Part shown: positions 20,788-30,094 of the stretch, piece after piece
Numbering within the stretch: position 1 is the first letter of the stretch
Layout: each line of letters starts with the position of its first letter
Origin: Planctomycetota bacterium
Lineage (GTDB): Bacteria > Planctomycetota > UBA8742 > UBA2392
Length of the DNA: 64,000 nt
Assembly: GCA_019186845.1 (NCBI GenBank)
Contig: JABARW010000063.1
Location: 26,337-90,336, forward strand
Reading direction: 5' to 3'
Made by a program: the position numbers and the translations under genes
The notes under the pieces: model-generated
Database searches by the model: none
What the model was told of the DNA's origin: nothing
Seen by the model: only the letters and a program-made list of their open reading frames with translations

Positions 20788-23649
20788 ATGCCGCGTCTGT
20801 TGATTGAAAAAGGGCCGGACCGAGGCAAAAGCCTGACGCTGAAGTTGGGCGACCAGGCCGTCGTGGGGCGCGACGCCCAGGCCAACCTTCAGCTGTCCGA
20901 CGTCATGTGCTCGCGCAAGCACTTCCTGATCGCGAGCAAGGGCAGCGTGTACGGCCTCAAGGACCTGGGTTCGGCCAACGGCACCCAGGTCAACGGCAAA
21001 ACCGCCGACGGCCCCGTCAAGCTGGCCCACGGCGACATGATCCAGTGCGGCGAGACCCTGCTTTCCTGGCTGGCCGACGAGTCAGACGCCAGGCAGGGCG
21101 GCCTGATCGGCCAGCAGATCGGCGGCTACCGCATCGAGATGCGCCTGGGCCGCGGCGCCATGGGCACCGTCTACAAGGCCATCCAGCTCTCGCTGGGCCG
21201 CATTGTCGCGCTCAAGGTGCTCTCGCCTGACCTGGTCAAAGACGCCAAATTCTGCGAGATGTTCCTCAAGGAAGCCCGGGCCGCGGGCGGCCTCAACCAT
21301 CCCAACATCATCCAGGTCTATGACGTCGGCGAGGAAAAGGGTCAGTACTACTTCTCCATGGAATTCGCCGCCAAGGGCAGCGTGCTGGATCTGCTCAACA
21401 GCGCCAAGCGCATCGAACTGCTGCGCGCCGTGGTCATTATCAAGGACGCCTGCCGCGCCCTGGACTACGCCGAGCGCAAGGGCCTGGTGCACCGCGACAT
21501 CAAGCCCGACAACCTGATGGTGATGGACGACGAAATCGTCAAGCTGGGCGACCTGGGACTGGCCATGAGCGCGCAGGAACTGCAGGGCGAGCAGGCCGGC
21601 GTTTTCGGCACGCCGCACTACATTGCGCCTGAACAGGCCATGGGCAAGCCCATTGACCACCGGGCCGACATCTACGCCCTGGGCGCGTCGTTCTATCGCA
21701 TCCTAACGGGCCAGACCCTGTTTACGGGCCAGACTGTCAAGGAAATCCTCAAGAAGCAGGTGCGCGACCCTCACCCGCCCGTCACGACACACCTGCCCGA
21801 TTGCCCGCCGGCCATCGTCACCATCATCGACAAGATGCTGGCCAAGAACCCGGCCGAGCGCTACCAGCACGCCAGCGATGTGCTCAACGACCTCGAAAAC
21901 TGGCAGTCCCTGGCCAGCAAGAAGGGAGGCGTGCAGCCCGCAGCCTTTGCCAAGGCGGTCAAGGCCCCCGGCGCCGAACTTCAGGAACAGATGGTGGCCT
22001 CCGCCCAGCGCCGCAACCTGGCCCTTGCAGCCATTGCCGCCGTCGTGGGGGTGGCGGCGCTCTCCATCATGGTCTGGGTGTTCTTTTTCAGTGACAGCCC
22101 CACGCCCAACACCAACGTGGCCGAGGCCAACAATACGCCGGCCAACCTGCCCCCCGCCAATTCCGGCAATGGCGGCGGCACGACCGCTCAGCTCACGCCC
22201 GAGCAGGAAAGCGCCAACCGCAAGCTCCAGCAGGCCATCGGCGCGGCACAGCTCTCCAGCAACAAGGGCGATCACGCCGCCGCCATTGCCATTCTTGAGA
22301 AGGCCCTCAAGGACAACGCCCTGGCGACAGAAAGCGCCCAGGCGGAAGCGCGCAAGTACCTTGAGCAGGTCAAGCTCAAGGCCGAGCAGGAAGGCCAGTC
22401 CGAACAGGCCATGCGCGAGGAGTGGTCTGAAACGCAACGGCACAAGGCGGCCAAAATCGAGGAGTACAAGTACAAGGCGGCTGACGACATCCTGCGCGGC
22501 TTCATTGAAAAGCACGCCGAAGTCCAGCACCCCGGCAAGAAAAAAATCTGGGACGACGCCGACGCCTACTGGCGCGCCCAATTCTGGGAGGATGTCAAGC
22601 GCCACATCGCCGCTTTGCGCCAATGGGTGGTCAAGCAGAGCGAGCAGGCCATCCTCGAGCAGGACCTGGAAAAGCGCCTCGCGATCTTCGAGGCCGCACA
22701 GTCAAAGGCACAAGGCGCCTTTGACGCCTGCGACCACGAAGACTCGCGCAAAGAGCTCAAAAAAATCCTCGATTCGGTCACGACCAACCTGGACATCGTC
22801 AAGCGCAGTATCTCCGATGAAAAGCGGCGCGTGATCGAACAGGCACTGGCCGAGTGCGAGCAGGCCGTGACTGATCTCTGCACCTCCGTGGGCAACGACA
22901 TCCAGCGCGGCGACTTCCGCTCGGCCATGTCGCGCGTGGACAACTACGAGAAGTCCGACAAGAACTGGAACCAGTACAAAGCAGACCCCCGATTTGCAGG
23001 CGTGGGCGAAGTCCTGCGCCGCCGCCGCGAGCAGACGCGCCATGAGCTGGAGGCCCTGCGCGCCTTGGGCGCGGGCGGCCGCGGTGCCCTGACTTCGGCC
23101 CCCAAACAGGCGGAACTGCTCAAACAAAAGCCCTGGCCCAAGGCCGCCGCCGACCTTTTCGGCTCCAAGGATGCGCGCTTCCGCATGGACGTCCAGGACG
23201 CCGCCGGCGACCGCCAGTTTACGCTCACGGTCTTCGTGGGCTCGAACAAGAGTGAATGGAGCGCGGGCGACTTCGCACCCAGCGGCAGCCGCAGCGCCGC
23301 CGGCCTGGCCGCGGCCATCACGCATCTCGCGCTCAACGACGACACCCTGCGCGCGGCATTGCTCCAGCCGGGCAGCGTCAAGGGCGACCCCCCGCTCGTG
23401 GCGGGGCTCTGGGCCTGGCTGGCGGAACTGGGCCACACCTATGAGATTTTCGCGCTGATGGACAGTTGCTATGCCCAGGCGCCGGTCGCCGACCCCGGGC
23501 GTGCCGTGTTCCGCGAATACATGGCTTACGCGCTCAAGGTACAGGCCCGCGACGAGTTGAATCGCGGCAACACCGCGCGCAGCGAGGATCTGATCCAGCG
23601 CCTGAATTCCGACGAGTTCGCGGGCACGCGTGCCCGCACCGCGAAGTAG
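20788..23649 (+). CDS. FHA-domain Ser/Thr protein kinase with TM helix and long helical C-terminal region
   Basis: N-terminal FHA (VVGRD..SRKHF..LKDLGSANGTQVNG). Hanks kinase (GRGAMGTVYKA..VALK..HRDIKPDNLM..DLGLA..GTPHYIAPE). TM (LALAAIAAVVGVAALSIMVWVFFF). About 500 aa helical tail. Confidence 0.85.
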   Translation: MPRLLIEKGPDRGKSLTLKLGDQAVVGRDAQANLQLSDVMCSRKHFLIASKGSVYGLKDLGSANGTQVNGKTADGPVKLAHGDMIQCGETLLSWLADESDARQGGLIGQQIGGYRIEMRLGRGAMGTVYKAIQLSLGRIVALKVLSPDLVKDAKFCEMFLKEARAAGGLNHPNIIQVYDVGEEKGQYYFSMEFAAKGSVLDLLNSAKRIELLRAVVIIKDACRALDYAERKGLVHRDIKPDNLMVMDDEIVKLGDLGLAMSAQELQGEQAGVFGTPHYIAPEQAMGKPIDHRADIYALGASFYRILTGQTLFTGQTVKEILKKQVRDPHPPVTTHLPDCPPAIVTIIDKMLAKNPAERYQHASDVLNDLENWQSLASKKGGVQPAAFAKAVKAPGAELQEQMVASAQRRNLALAAIAAVVGVAALSIMVWVFFFSDSPTPNTNVAEANNTPANLPPANSGNGGGTTAQLTPEQESANRKLQQAIGAAQLSSNKGDHAAAIAILEKALKDNALATESAQAEARKYLEQVKLKAEQEGQSEQAMREEWSETQRHKAAKIEEYKYKAADDILRGFIEKHAEVQHPGKKKIWDDADAYWRAQFWEDVKRHIAALRQWVVKQSEQAILEQDLEKRLAIFEAAQSKAQGAFDACDHEDSRKELKKILDSVTTNLDIVKRSISDEKRRVIEQALAECEQAVTDLCTSVGNDIQRGDFRSAMSRVDNYEKSDKNWNQYKADPRFAGVGEVLRRRREQTRHELEALRALGAGGRGALTSAPKQAELLKQKPWPKAAADLFGSKDARFRMDVQDAAGDRQFTLTVFVGSNKSEWSAGDFAPSGSRSAAGLAAAITHLALNDDTLRAALLQPGSVKGDPPLVAGLWAWLAELGHTYEIFALMDSCYAQAPVADPGRAVFREYMAYALKVQARDELNRGNTARSEDLIQRLNSDEFAGTRARTAK

Positions 23650-23697
23650 GCTCTATCAAGAGTTGTTCCGGCGGACTCCGCCGAGCAGGTAGGAAAC

Positions 23698-25074
23698 GTG
23701 GCCATCACTGACTTTCTGGTGTTCAGTTGCATCCTCACGCTGAACGCGTTTTTCTGCGCTTCCGAGACCGCCCTGACGGGCGCCTCGGAGGCCGCCGCGC
23801 GCTCCAGGGCTGACTCCGGCTCGCGCCGCGGCAAGCTGCTGCTCAAGCTGCTGGCCGACCGGCCCCGCGTGGTGACAGCGCTGCTGATCGGCCAGAACAT
23901 TGCCGGGGCAGTCCTGGCCGTTTACTCCTCCCGCGTCATCGATGACACCTTGGGGGCGCAGCTCTCTCCCGTCTTGTCGGCGTTGCTGGCGGTGGCCGTT
24001 TCGATCCTTCTGCTGCTGGTCTTTGGCGAGGTCATCCCCAAGACCCTGGCCGTGCGCTTTGCGACACCCTGGGCCCTGTTTTTCTCCGGGCCTGTGTTCC
24101 TCACGACGCTCGTTTTCTGGCCCGTGACTGCCGTGCTGGCCGTGGCCAGCACCGGGATCCTGCGCCTGGTGGGCAAGCATGAAGAAGGCGCCACGGTCAG
24201 CGTGGATGAAATCCAGACCATCGCCAAGATGGGTCAGGAAATGGGCGTGATTGACTCCATGGAAATGGAGATCGTGCAGAAAGCCAGCGTGCTCAACGAA
24301 ACCAAGGTGCGCGACATCATGGTGCCGCGCACCGACATCCATGCCATCCCCGCGAGACTGAACCTGGCCGAGCTGCGCCAGGCCTTCAAACGCGACCTGT
24401 TCTCGCGCACCCCCGTCTACCTGGGGGACCTCGACGACATCATCGGCGTGCTCAACTTCAAGGAACTCCTGCGCCTGACCCCGCAGGATGAGGCCCGCTT
24501 CAAGCTGCAGGACTATCTGCACCCCGCCCTCTTCGTTCCCGAAGCCATGAGCGTGGGCGTGCTCCTGACCAAAATGCGCGAGCGCCGCACGCACATGGCC
24601 ATCGTCATTGATGAATACGGCGGCACTTCAGGCCTGGTCACGTTTGAAGACATCGTCGAGGTGCTGGTGGGCCGTGTGGAGGACGAATACGACGTCACGG
24701 CCAAGCTGATTGAACGACGCGAAAACGGCCTGTGGGAGGTGGACGGCCGCCTGACCCTCGAGGAGCTGGAGGAGACCCTCGGGGTGAGCCTGGGCGAATC
24801 CGAGAAGGAAGGGGTCACCACGGCTGCGGGCCTGGCCCTGAAGGCCTTCGGAAAAATACCGGCGGAAGGCGACGCCACGACGTTCAATAAGCTCAGCCTC
24901 AAGGTGACGCGCATGCGCGACCAGCGGGTGCGTCGCCTCGAGCTGCGCTGCATCGAGGAATGTCCGGCGGAGACGGAGGGCCGCATCGAGGTCAGCGACC
25001 ACCCCCTTTCCGACGAATCAGCTATCATGCCACTGCCGCGGCCCCAGCCGCCTACGTCAGGAAGTCAGCCATGA
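23698..25074 (+). CDS. CNNM/DUF21-CBS-CorC family membrane protein (hemolysin/TlyC-type annotation)
   Basis: GTG start. N-terminal DUF21 TM domain (FFCASETALT..LLIGQN). CBS pair (VRDIMVPRTDI.., RTHMAIVIDEYGGTSGLVTFEDIVE). CorC_HlyC C-terminus. Confidence 0.85.
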   Translation: MAITDFLVFSCILTLNAFFCASETALTGASEAAARSRADSGSRRGKLLLKLLADRPRVVTALLIGQNIAGAVLAVYSSRVIDDTLGAQLSPVLSALLAVAVSILLLLVFGEVIPKTLAVRFATPWALFFSGPVFLTTLVFWPVTAVLAVASTGILRLVGKHEEGATVSVDEIQTIAKMGQEMGVIDSMEMEIVQKASVLNETKVRDIMVPRTDIHAIPARLNLAELRQAFKRDLFSRTPVYLGDLDDIIGVLNFKELLRLTPQDEARFKLQDYLHPALFVPEAMSVGVLLTKMRERRTHMAIVIDEYGGTSGLVTFEDIVEVLVGRVEDEYDVTAKLIERRENGLWEVDGRLTLEELEETLGVSLGESEKEGVTTAAGLALKAFGKIPAEGDATTFNKLSLKVTRMRDQRVRRLELRCIEECPAETEGRIEVSDHPLSDESAIMPLPRPQPPTSGSQP

Positions 25075-26675
25075 AGTTCACCGCACTCGCCCTGCTGCTG
25101 GTCACCGGTTTGGCCGCCCAGCTCCAGGCCCAGGGTGGGCCGCAACTGCCCGCCAACTCCAACCAGGCCTCGCCCTCCAAGGAAAGCTTCCTGCTCGAGC
25201 CCCCGGGGCTGGCCACGGGCGCCAAAGATGCCTACTTGCGCCTGGTGTCCAATTCTCCCGCCGGTTTTGCCAGCAGCAGTTCCAAACAGCCTGAAATCCG
25301 CCTGGGGGAAGGTGTCAAGCTGGTCACGGGGAGCTTCCGACTGCTCAGTCCCAATGAGGCGGAATGCCGCGTCGATGTGGACGCTGACGCCATGGGCACG
25401 GTCGAAGTCAGCCTGGTTTTCTATTCCGTCAACGGCACTTCCGTGCTGAGCACGCAGCGCGCCACCCTGGGCCTGCTGGGTCCCACAAAGATTTCCGGCA
25501 TTGACATCTCCGTGGAAAGTGTGGCCCTGGTGCGCGTCAACGTGAGCGAGGCACAGGCCGCGGGCGTCGTCGTACTCAGCGGGCCAGTCAATGGCGCGCT
25601 CACGCTGGTGGCCCCCACCGGCTGCCGCTTTTCGCGCGCCCCGCTGGCCACCACGACCAAGGGCACCATCAACACGCCCGGCCTGGCCGAGGGCAACACA
25701 CAGTTCACATTTGGCGTCGGCAACGCCGCCGGAGAGGCGGCCGTCGTTCGCATCACCGAAATCCTCTACGACACCTCGACCTTCACGCTCACAGGCGGCG
25801 CCTTGGGCGCGCTCAACTGCGAACTGCGCGGCGGCGCCCTTTCCGGCCAGAGCACCCTGGTGGCCAACGCCTACACCGCGCTGATCACCATCGCCGGAAC
25901 CAATGACAACACGGACACCCAGCCCGCGCCAGGCGGCCAGAACAGCAACTCCACCAGCACGCCCGAGGGCGCGCCCGTGACCACCACCGTACCCGGCGAC
26001 AGCACTTCCGGCGGCACGGGCCGCTCACGTGATTCCGAGCGCGCCCCGCGCCAGGGCAACCAGCGCGACACCTCGTCGCCCGCCCGCAGCTCCCCTCCCA
26101 CCTCCGGTCCCACCCCCCAGGGTGGCGGCTCAAGCACCCCTCCCCCCCGGGCGCCCGAAGTGCGCAGCGATGTGCCTCCGCCGCCCCCGCGCAGCGAGGC
26201 GCCGGCGCCGCCGCGCGCCGTGCCTGCGGGCTCGGGCGCTTCGAGCGCAGGCGGTGACGGCGGGGCACGCTGGGTCAATGACCCCAAGCCTGCCGCGCCA
26301 GCGGAAGCCCCGGATGCCGCGCCCAAGATGGTTCTGATCACCACGCCGGGTCTTTACTTCTGCGACAAGGACTTTGGGCCCGTGGACATGGTGGTGCTGA
26401 ATTCGCTGGTCTCAGACCGCGCTGCGGCACGCGTCTGGATCGTGGTCAAGCTCGAGAAGGACAAGAACCCCGACGCCATCGAGACCATCGACGTCACCCT
26501 GCGCGTCAGCGGGACCGTGCGCCAGCTCAAGCTGACCGAGACGGGCAAGAACACGGGCGAGTTCCGCTGCGACAAGGCCGGGGTGCTGCTGGTCAGCGAC
26601 GAAAACCCGGAAAGCAATCCCGCCGAGAAGCCGGTCAGTGAACCCAAGGCGCGTCCCAGCGGTCTGGCCCGCTGA
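25071..26675 (+). CDS. Hypothetical secreted protein with Pro/Ser-rich linker
   Basis: ATG 25071 overlaps the CNNM stop (ATGA). Signal peptide MKFTALALLLVTGLAAQLQAQG. Central low-complexity P/S/G-rich stretch. No recognised domain. Confidence 0.5.
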   Translation: MKFTALALLLVTGLAAQLQAQGGPQLPANSNQASPSKESFLLEPPGLATGAKDAYLRLVSNSPAGFASSSSKQPEIRLGEGVKLVTGSFRLLSPNEAECRVDVDADAMGTVEVSLVFYSVNGTSVLSTQRATLGLLGPTKISGIDISVESVALVRVNVSEAQAAGVVVLSGPVNGALTLVAPTGCRFSRAPLATTTKGTINTPGLAEGNTQFTFGVGNAAGEAAVVRITEILYDTSTFTLTGGALGALNCELRGGALSGQSTLVANAYTALITIAGTNDNTDTQPAPGGQNSNSTSTPEGAPVTTTVPGDSTSGGTGRSRDSERAPRQGNQRDTSSPARSSPPTSGPTPQGGGSSTPPPRAPEVRSDVPPPPPRSEAPAPPRAVPAGSGASSAGGDGGARWVNDPKPAAPAEAPDAAPKMVLITTPGLYFCDKDFGPVDMVVLNSLVSDRAAARVWIVVKLEKDKNPDAIETIDVTLRVSGTVRQLKLTETGKNTGEFRCDKAGVLLVSDENPESNPAEKPVSEPKARPSGLAR

Positions 26676-26690
26676 TACCCGTCAGCAATG

Positions 26691-26718
26691 CAAAGGGCGC
26701 CCCGAGGGGCGCCCTTTG
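26691..26718. terminator. Hairpin between convergent genes (bidirectional terminator candidate)
   Basis: CAAAGGGCGCCC-CGAG-GGGCGCCCTTTG, a 12-bp perfect stem. Confidence 0.5.
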
Positions 26719-26735
26719 TACTGTTTGAAGCCGCG

Positions 26736-29700
26736 TCAGGCGCAGAGCCTGCGGCGCATTGCAACGGCCAGCGCGCAGACCAGGCCTGCCAGAACCAGCC
26801 AGGAGCTGCCCTGGCCGGTGGTGCAGCCGGCTTCTTCCTCTTCCTCTTCCAGCACGGTGATAGCCAGGGTGTGAGGCACAGAGCAATCCTGGCCGCCGTT
26901 GGCAACGCCGCCATCGTCCATCAGCACCAGGCTGATCTGGGCGCTGCCTTTGGCCCCGCGCCGCACGGTGAAGCTCAGGGTACCGTCCTGGGCCACCGCG
27001 GGCTGAACGTCAAAGAGGCCGGGGTTATCGTTGGCGAGCACGGCAAAGCCCAGCACCTGGGAGGCTTCGTTGGCGGCCCCGCTGTGCATGCCCTGGGCCC
27101 ATCCGCTGAGGCTGATTGCGCCGGCGTTGTTCTTCACCTGCACGTTGGCGCCGGGCGTGAAGACCGGGGCATCGTTGACCTCCAGCACGGCGATCTTGAA
27201 GTGCTGGGTGGGCGAGGCCAGGCTGGCTGGATTGACACCGTAGGTGACTTCTTCGAGCACCACCTCGAAGTACGCCACGCCATGAGCATCGGGCAGCAGG
27301 GTGAAGGTGAGATCGCCGGTGAAGACATCGATGGAGGGCGCCACGGCGAAGAGCTGCACGTTGTTGAGCTGTGAGACCACGAACTGGATGTTCTGAACTC
27401 CGTTGCCCGGGCCGCTGGAGATGCTGGTGGCCCAGCCGCTGAGGGTCACCGCCAAGCTGTCCTCCAGGACAGTTACGTCGGCGCCCTTGACGAAGCTTGG
27501 CGCATCATTGACGGGATTGATGACGATTTCGAACTGCTGGCCCGCGGACGTGTCCTGGCCGCCGTTGGCCGTACCGCCGTCATCGTAAAGCTCCACACTA
27601 AGCTTGGCGCTGCCCCAGGCGTTGGCCGCGGGCTCGAACTCCAGCGTGCCGTTGGCAAGGATCTGGATGTAGGCAAACAGCGAGGGATTGTTGGAGGAAA
27701 TCTTGAAGCCCACGGTTTGGCCGGACTCGTTGGCCGGACCGGCGCTGATGTTCGTGGCCCAGCCGGAGAATGACTGGGGACCGCAGTCCTCCTGCAGAAT
27801 GATGTCTGCACCCTTGCTGAAAGACGGCGCGTCGTTGATCTCGCTGATCCGGATGCGCAGCGTATACGCGGCCGAGGTGTCGGCCCCGCCGTTGGCGGTG
27901 CCGCCGTCGTCCTGAAGCTGGACCGTCACGTCGCACGCCCCATAAGCGTTTGGCGCGGCCTGGAAGGTCAGATCTCCCTGGGCATTGATGATCACGCCAC
28001 CTGTGAACAGCGAGGGATCCGACATGGAAACCACCACAAACGTGAGCATCTGGCCCGACTCGCCTGCACCCGCATCGATGCCCTGAGCCCAGCCCGTAAC
28101 CGTGACCACGCCCGCGTCCTCATTCACACTCACGTCCTGGCCCGGGGTGAAATAGGGCGCATCATTCACAGGCTGAATCACGATCGACACCGTCGCGGCC
28201 GAGGTGTTCCCCGACGGGTCCTGCACTTCATAGTCAAAGCTGTCGGTGCCGAAGAAGTCCGCGTCGGGCATGTAGTCAAAGCTGCCGTCGGCCTTGAGGA
28301 CCAGCGTGCCGTGCGAGGGGGCCGTCTTCATGGTGATTGCAAGGCTGTCGCCGTCGGCGTCATAGTCATTGGCCAGCACACCCTGCACGCCTGAACTCAA
28401 GGGCTGGTCTTCGTTGCTGGTGTAGTGATCAGCCACGGCCACCGGGGCATCGTTGACGTTGAGAATGTCCAGGATGACCGCCACGACTGCGCTGTCGGCG
28501 CTGCCGTCATTCAGCTTGTAGCTGAAGCTGTCAGTGCCAAAGAAGTCAGCGTCGGGCATGTAGTCGAAGCTGCCGTTGGGCTGAAGCGTCAGAGTGCCGT
28601 GACTGGGACCGCTGACCAGGACCACCGTGAAAGGGTCGCCATCAACGTCGTAGTCGTTGACAGTCACTCCGCCGCCGTTGATGTGCAACAGAGTGTCTTC
28701 CGTACCCTGATGCATGTCTGACACGGCCACGGGGGCGTCATTGACCGGATTCACCGTCAGGCTGACCATGACGACGTTGCCGTAGACCGTGCCGTCATAG
28801 GCGCGATAGCTGAAGGCGTCGGCGCCGTGATAGTCCGGGTCAGGCGTGTAGCTGAAGCTGCCGTCGGCGTTGAGCGTCAGCGAGCCTTGGGCCGGGCCGC
28901 TGACGAGCTGCACCGTCAGGGTGTCGCCGTCAACGTCAGAGTCGTTGGCCAGAAGGCCGGGCGCCGCGACGTTCAGAGGGGTGTCTTCGTTTGTCACGTG
29001 GACGTCCGCCACCGAGATCGGGGCATCATTGGCCGCCGTCACGGTGAGCGTGACGTTCACAGTGTTGCCCGCCTGGTAGCTATCATGGGCGCGATAGCTG
29101 AAAGAGTCGGCGCCGCTGTAGTCCGGGTCAGGAATGTAGCTGAAGCTGCCGTCGGCGTTGAGCGTCAGCGAACCGTGGGCCGGACCGCTGACAAGCTGCG
29201 CCGTCAGGGGGTCGCTGTCGCCGTCGCTGTCGTTGGACAACACGCCGGGCGCGGCAACGGAAAGCGTGCCGTCCTCGCTGACGCTGTGGCTGTCGGCCAC
29301 GGTCACAGGCGCGGAGTTGGGCGTGCCCTCGATGGAGAAGAGCCAGGTGTAGCCGCCCATGATGGACCAGGAGGCGCCGCCATCGGTGGAGAACGCCCAC
29401 AGTGCCGTGCCGATATTGGAGTGGTGGTTGCCGATGCTGCTGCCCGCCGCAGCCGACATCACGTACCAGTATTGCGTGGAGCTGCTGAGGTAGGCGGGCG
29501 ACATGGCGACGTTGACATAGCCGCTGCCCGAGACCGTCGCACTGCCGGAGGAAATCAGCGCACCGGGCTGGCCGCCGTTATTGGCGCGGATGGCCAGGTT
29601 GATGGTGCCGCTGCCACTGAGACTGGCAGAAATCTGCGTGATGATACCGCTTTGCGTGGGCGTGATGCGCTCAGCGTAGTGCCAGGTGTCAGAGGGTCCG

Positions 29701-29867
29701 CCGGTGCCGTAGTGCGTGCCGGCCGTGCTGTCATAGAGCGTCGCGGCACAGAGCGCGGGCGAGAGCGCCATCAGGGCCGCCAGGCAAAGCAGGCGCGGGG
29801 CCCAGCCTGCGGGCGGCCGCGCCGGGGCGCGACGGTAGCAGCACGAAACATCGGGATGAGAAGACAT
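26736..29867 (-). CDS. Large repeat-containing surface adhesin (cadherin-like / tandem ~95-aa Ig-like repeats) with Cys-containing C-terminal sorting-type tail
   Basis: ATG 29867 is preceded by GGAGGA. Signal peptide (APRLLCLAALMALSPALCAA). Eight NDAP-delimited repeats. Tail EEEEEEAGCTTGQGSSWLVLAGLVCALAVAMRRRLCA. Confidence 0.8.
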   Translation of the reverse strand: MSSHPDVSCCYRRAPARPPAGWAPRLLCLAALMALSPALCAATLYDSTAGTHYGTGGPSDTWHYAERITPTQSGIITQISASLSGSGTINLAIRANNGGQPGALISSGSATVSGSGYVNVAMSPAYLSSSTQYWYVMSAAAGSSIGNHHSNIGTALWAFSTDGGASWSIMGGYTWLFSIEGTPNSAPVTVADSHSVSEDGTLSVAAPGVLSNDSDGDSDPLTAQLVSGPAHGSLTLNADGSFSYIPDPDYSGADSFSYRAHDSYQAGNTVNVTLTVTAANDAPISVADVHVTNEDTPLNVAAPGLLANDSDVDGDTLTVQLVSGPAQGSLTLNADGSFSYTPDPDYHGADAFSYRAYDGTVYGNVVMVSLTVNPVNDAPVAVSDMHQGTEDTLLHINGGGVTVNDYDVDGDPFTVVLVSGPSHGTLTLQPNGSFDYMPDADFFGTDSFSYKLNDGSADSAVVAVILDILNVNDAPVAVADHYTSNEDQPLSSGVQGVLANDYDADGDSLAITMKTAPSHGTLVLKADGSFDYMPDADFFGTDSFDYEVQDPSGNTSAATVSIVIQPVNDAPYFTPGQDVSVNEDAGVVTVTGWAQGIDAGAGESGQMLTFVVVSMSDPSLFTGGVIINAQGDLTFQAAPNAYGACDVTVQLQDDGGTANGGADTSAAYTLRIRISEINDAPSFSKGADIILQEDCGPQSFSGWATNISAGPANESGQTVGFKISSNNPSLFAYIQILANGTLEFEPAANAWGSAKLSVELYDDGGTANGGQDTSAGQQFEIVINPVNDAPSFVKGADVTVLEDSLAVTLSGWATSISSGPGNGVQNIQFVVSQLNNVQLFAVAPSIDVFTGDLTFTLLPDAHGVAYFEVVLEEVTYGVNPASLASPTQHFKIAVLEVNDAPVFTPGANVQVKNNAGAISLSGWAQGMHSGAANEASQVLGFAVLANDNPGLFDVQPAVAQDGTLSFTVRRGAKGSAQISLVLMDDGGVANGGQDCSVPHTLAITVLEEEEEEAGCTTGQGSSWLVLAGLVCALAVAMRRRLCA
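26850..29318 (-). repeat. Intragenic tandem domain repeats of the adhesin (4 x ~95 aa type A, then 4 x ~110 aa type B)
   Basis: Type A: N[SD]AP..VAD..EDT.L.V..PG.LANDSD.DGD.LT..LVSGP..G.LTLNADGSF.Y.PD.D..G.D.F.Y. Type B: NDAP.F..G..V.V.ED......SGWA..I..G..NE..Q...F.V..N....F......I...G.L.F......G.A...V.L.DDGG.ANGG.D.S. Confidence 0.8.
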
Positions 29868-30094
29868 GGTTCCTCCATTCAGCAGTAAGGCCGCCCGCAG
29901 TCCGGTGGCGCCGCAAGGCGCGCGTGATCTCGAAGGCACGCGCGGCGGGAAGCGCGCGTGTCGGAGAGCAACGTACACCGAACATCAAAAACCGAAAAAC
30001 CAGAGAGTTTGAACAAGCGCAAGGTTTGCGTTTTTTCAGCGTGCCGGGACGTCGAGAATTTGCTTTGCTAATAAGACTGCGTCTCATTCTCATT

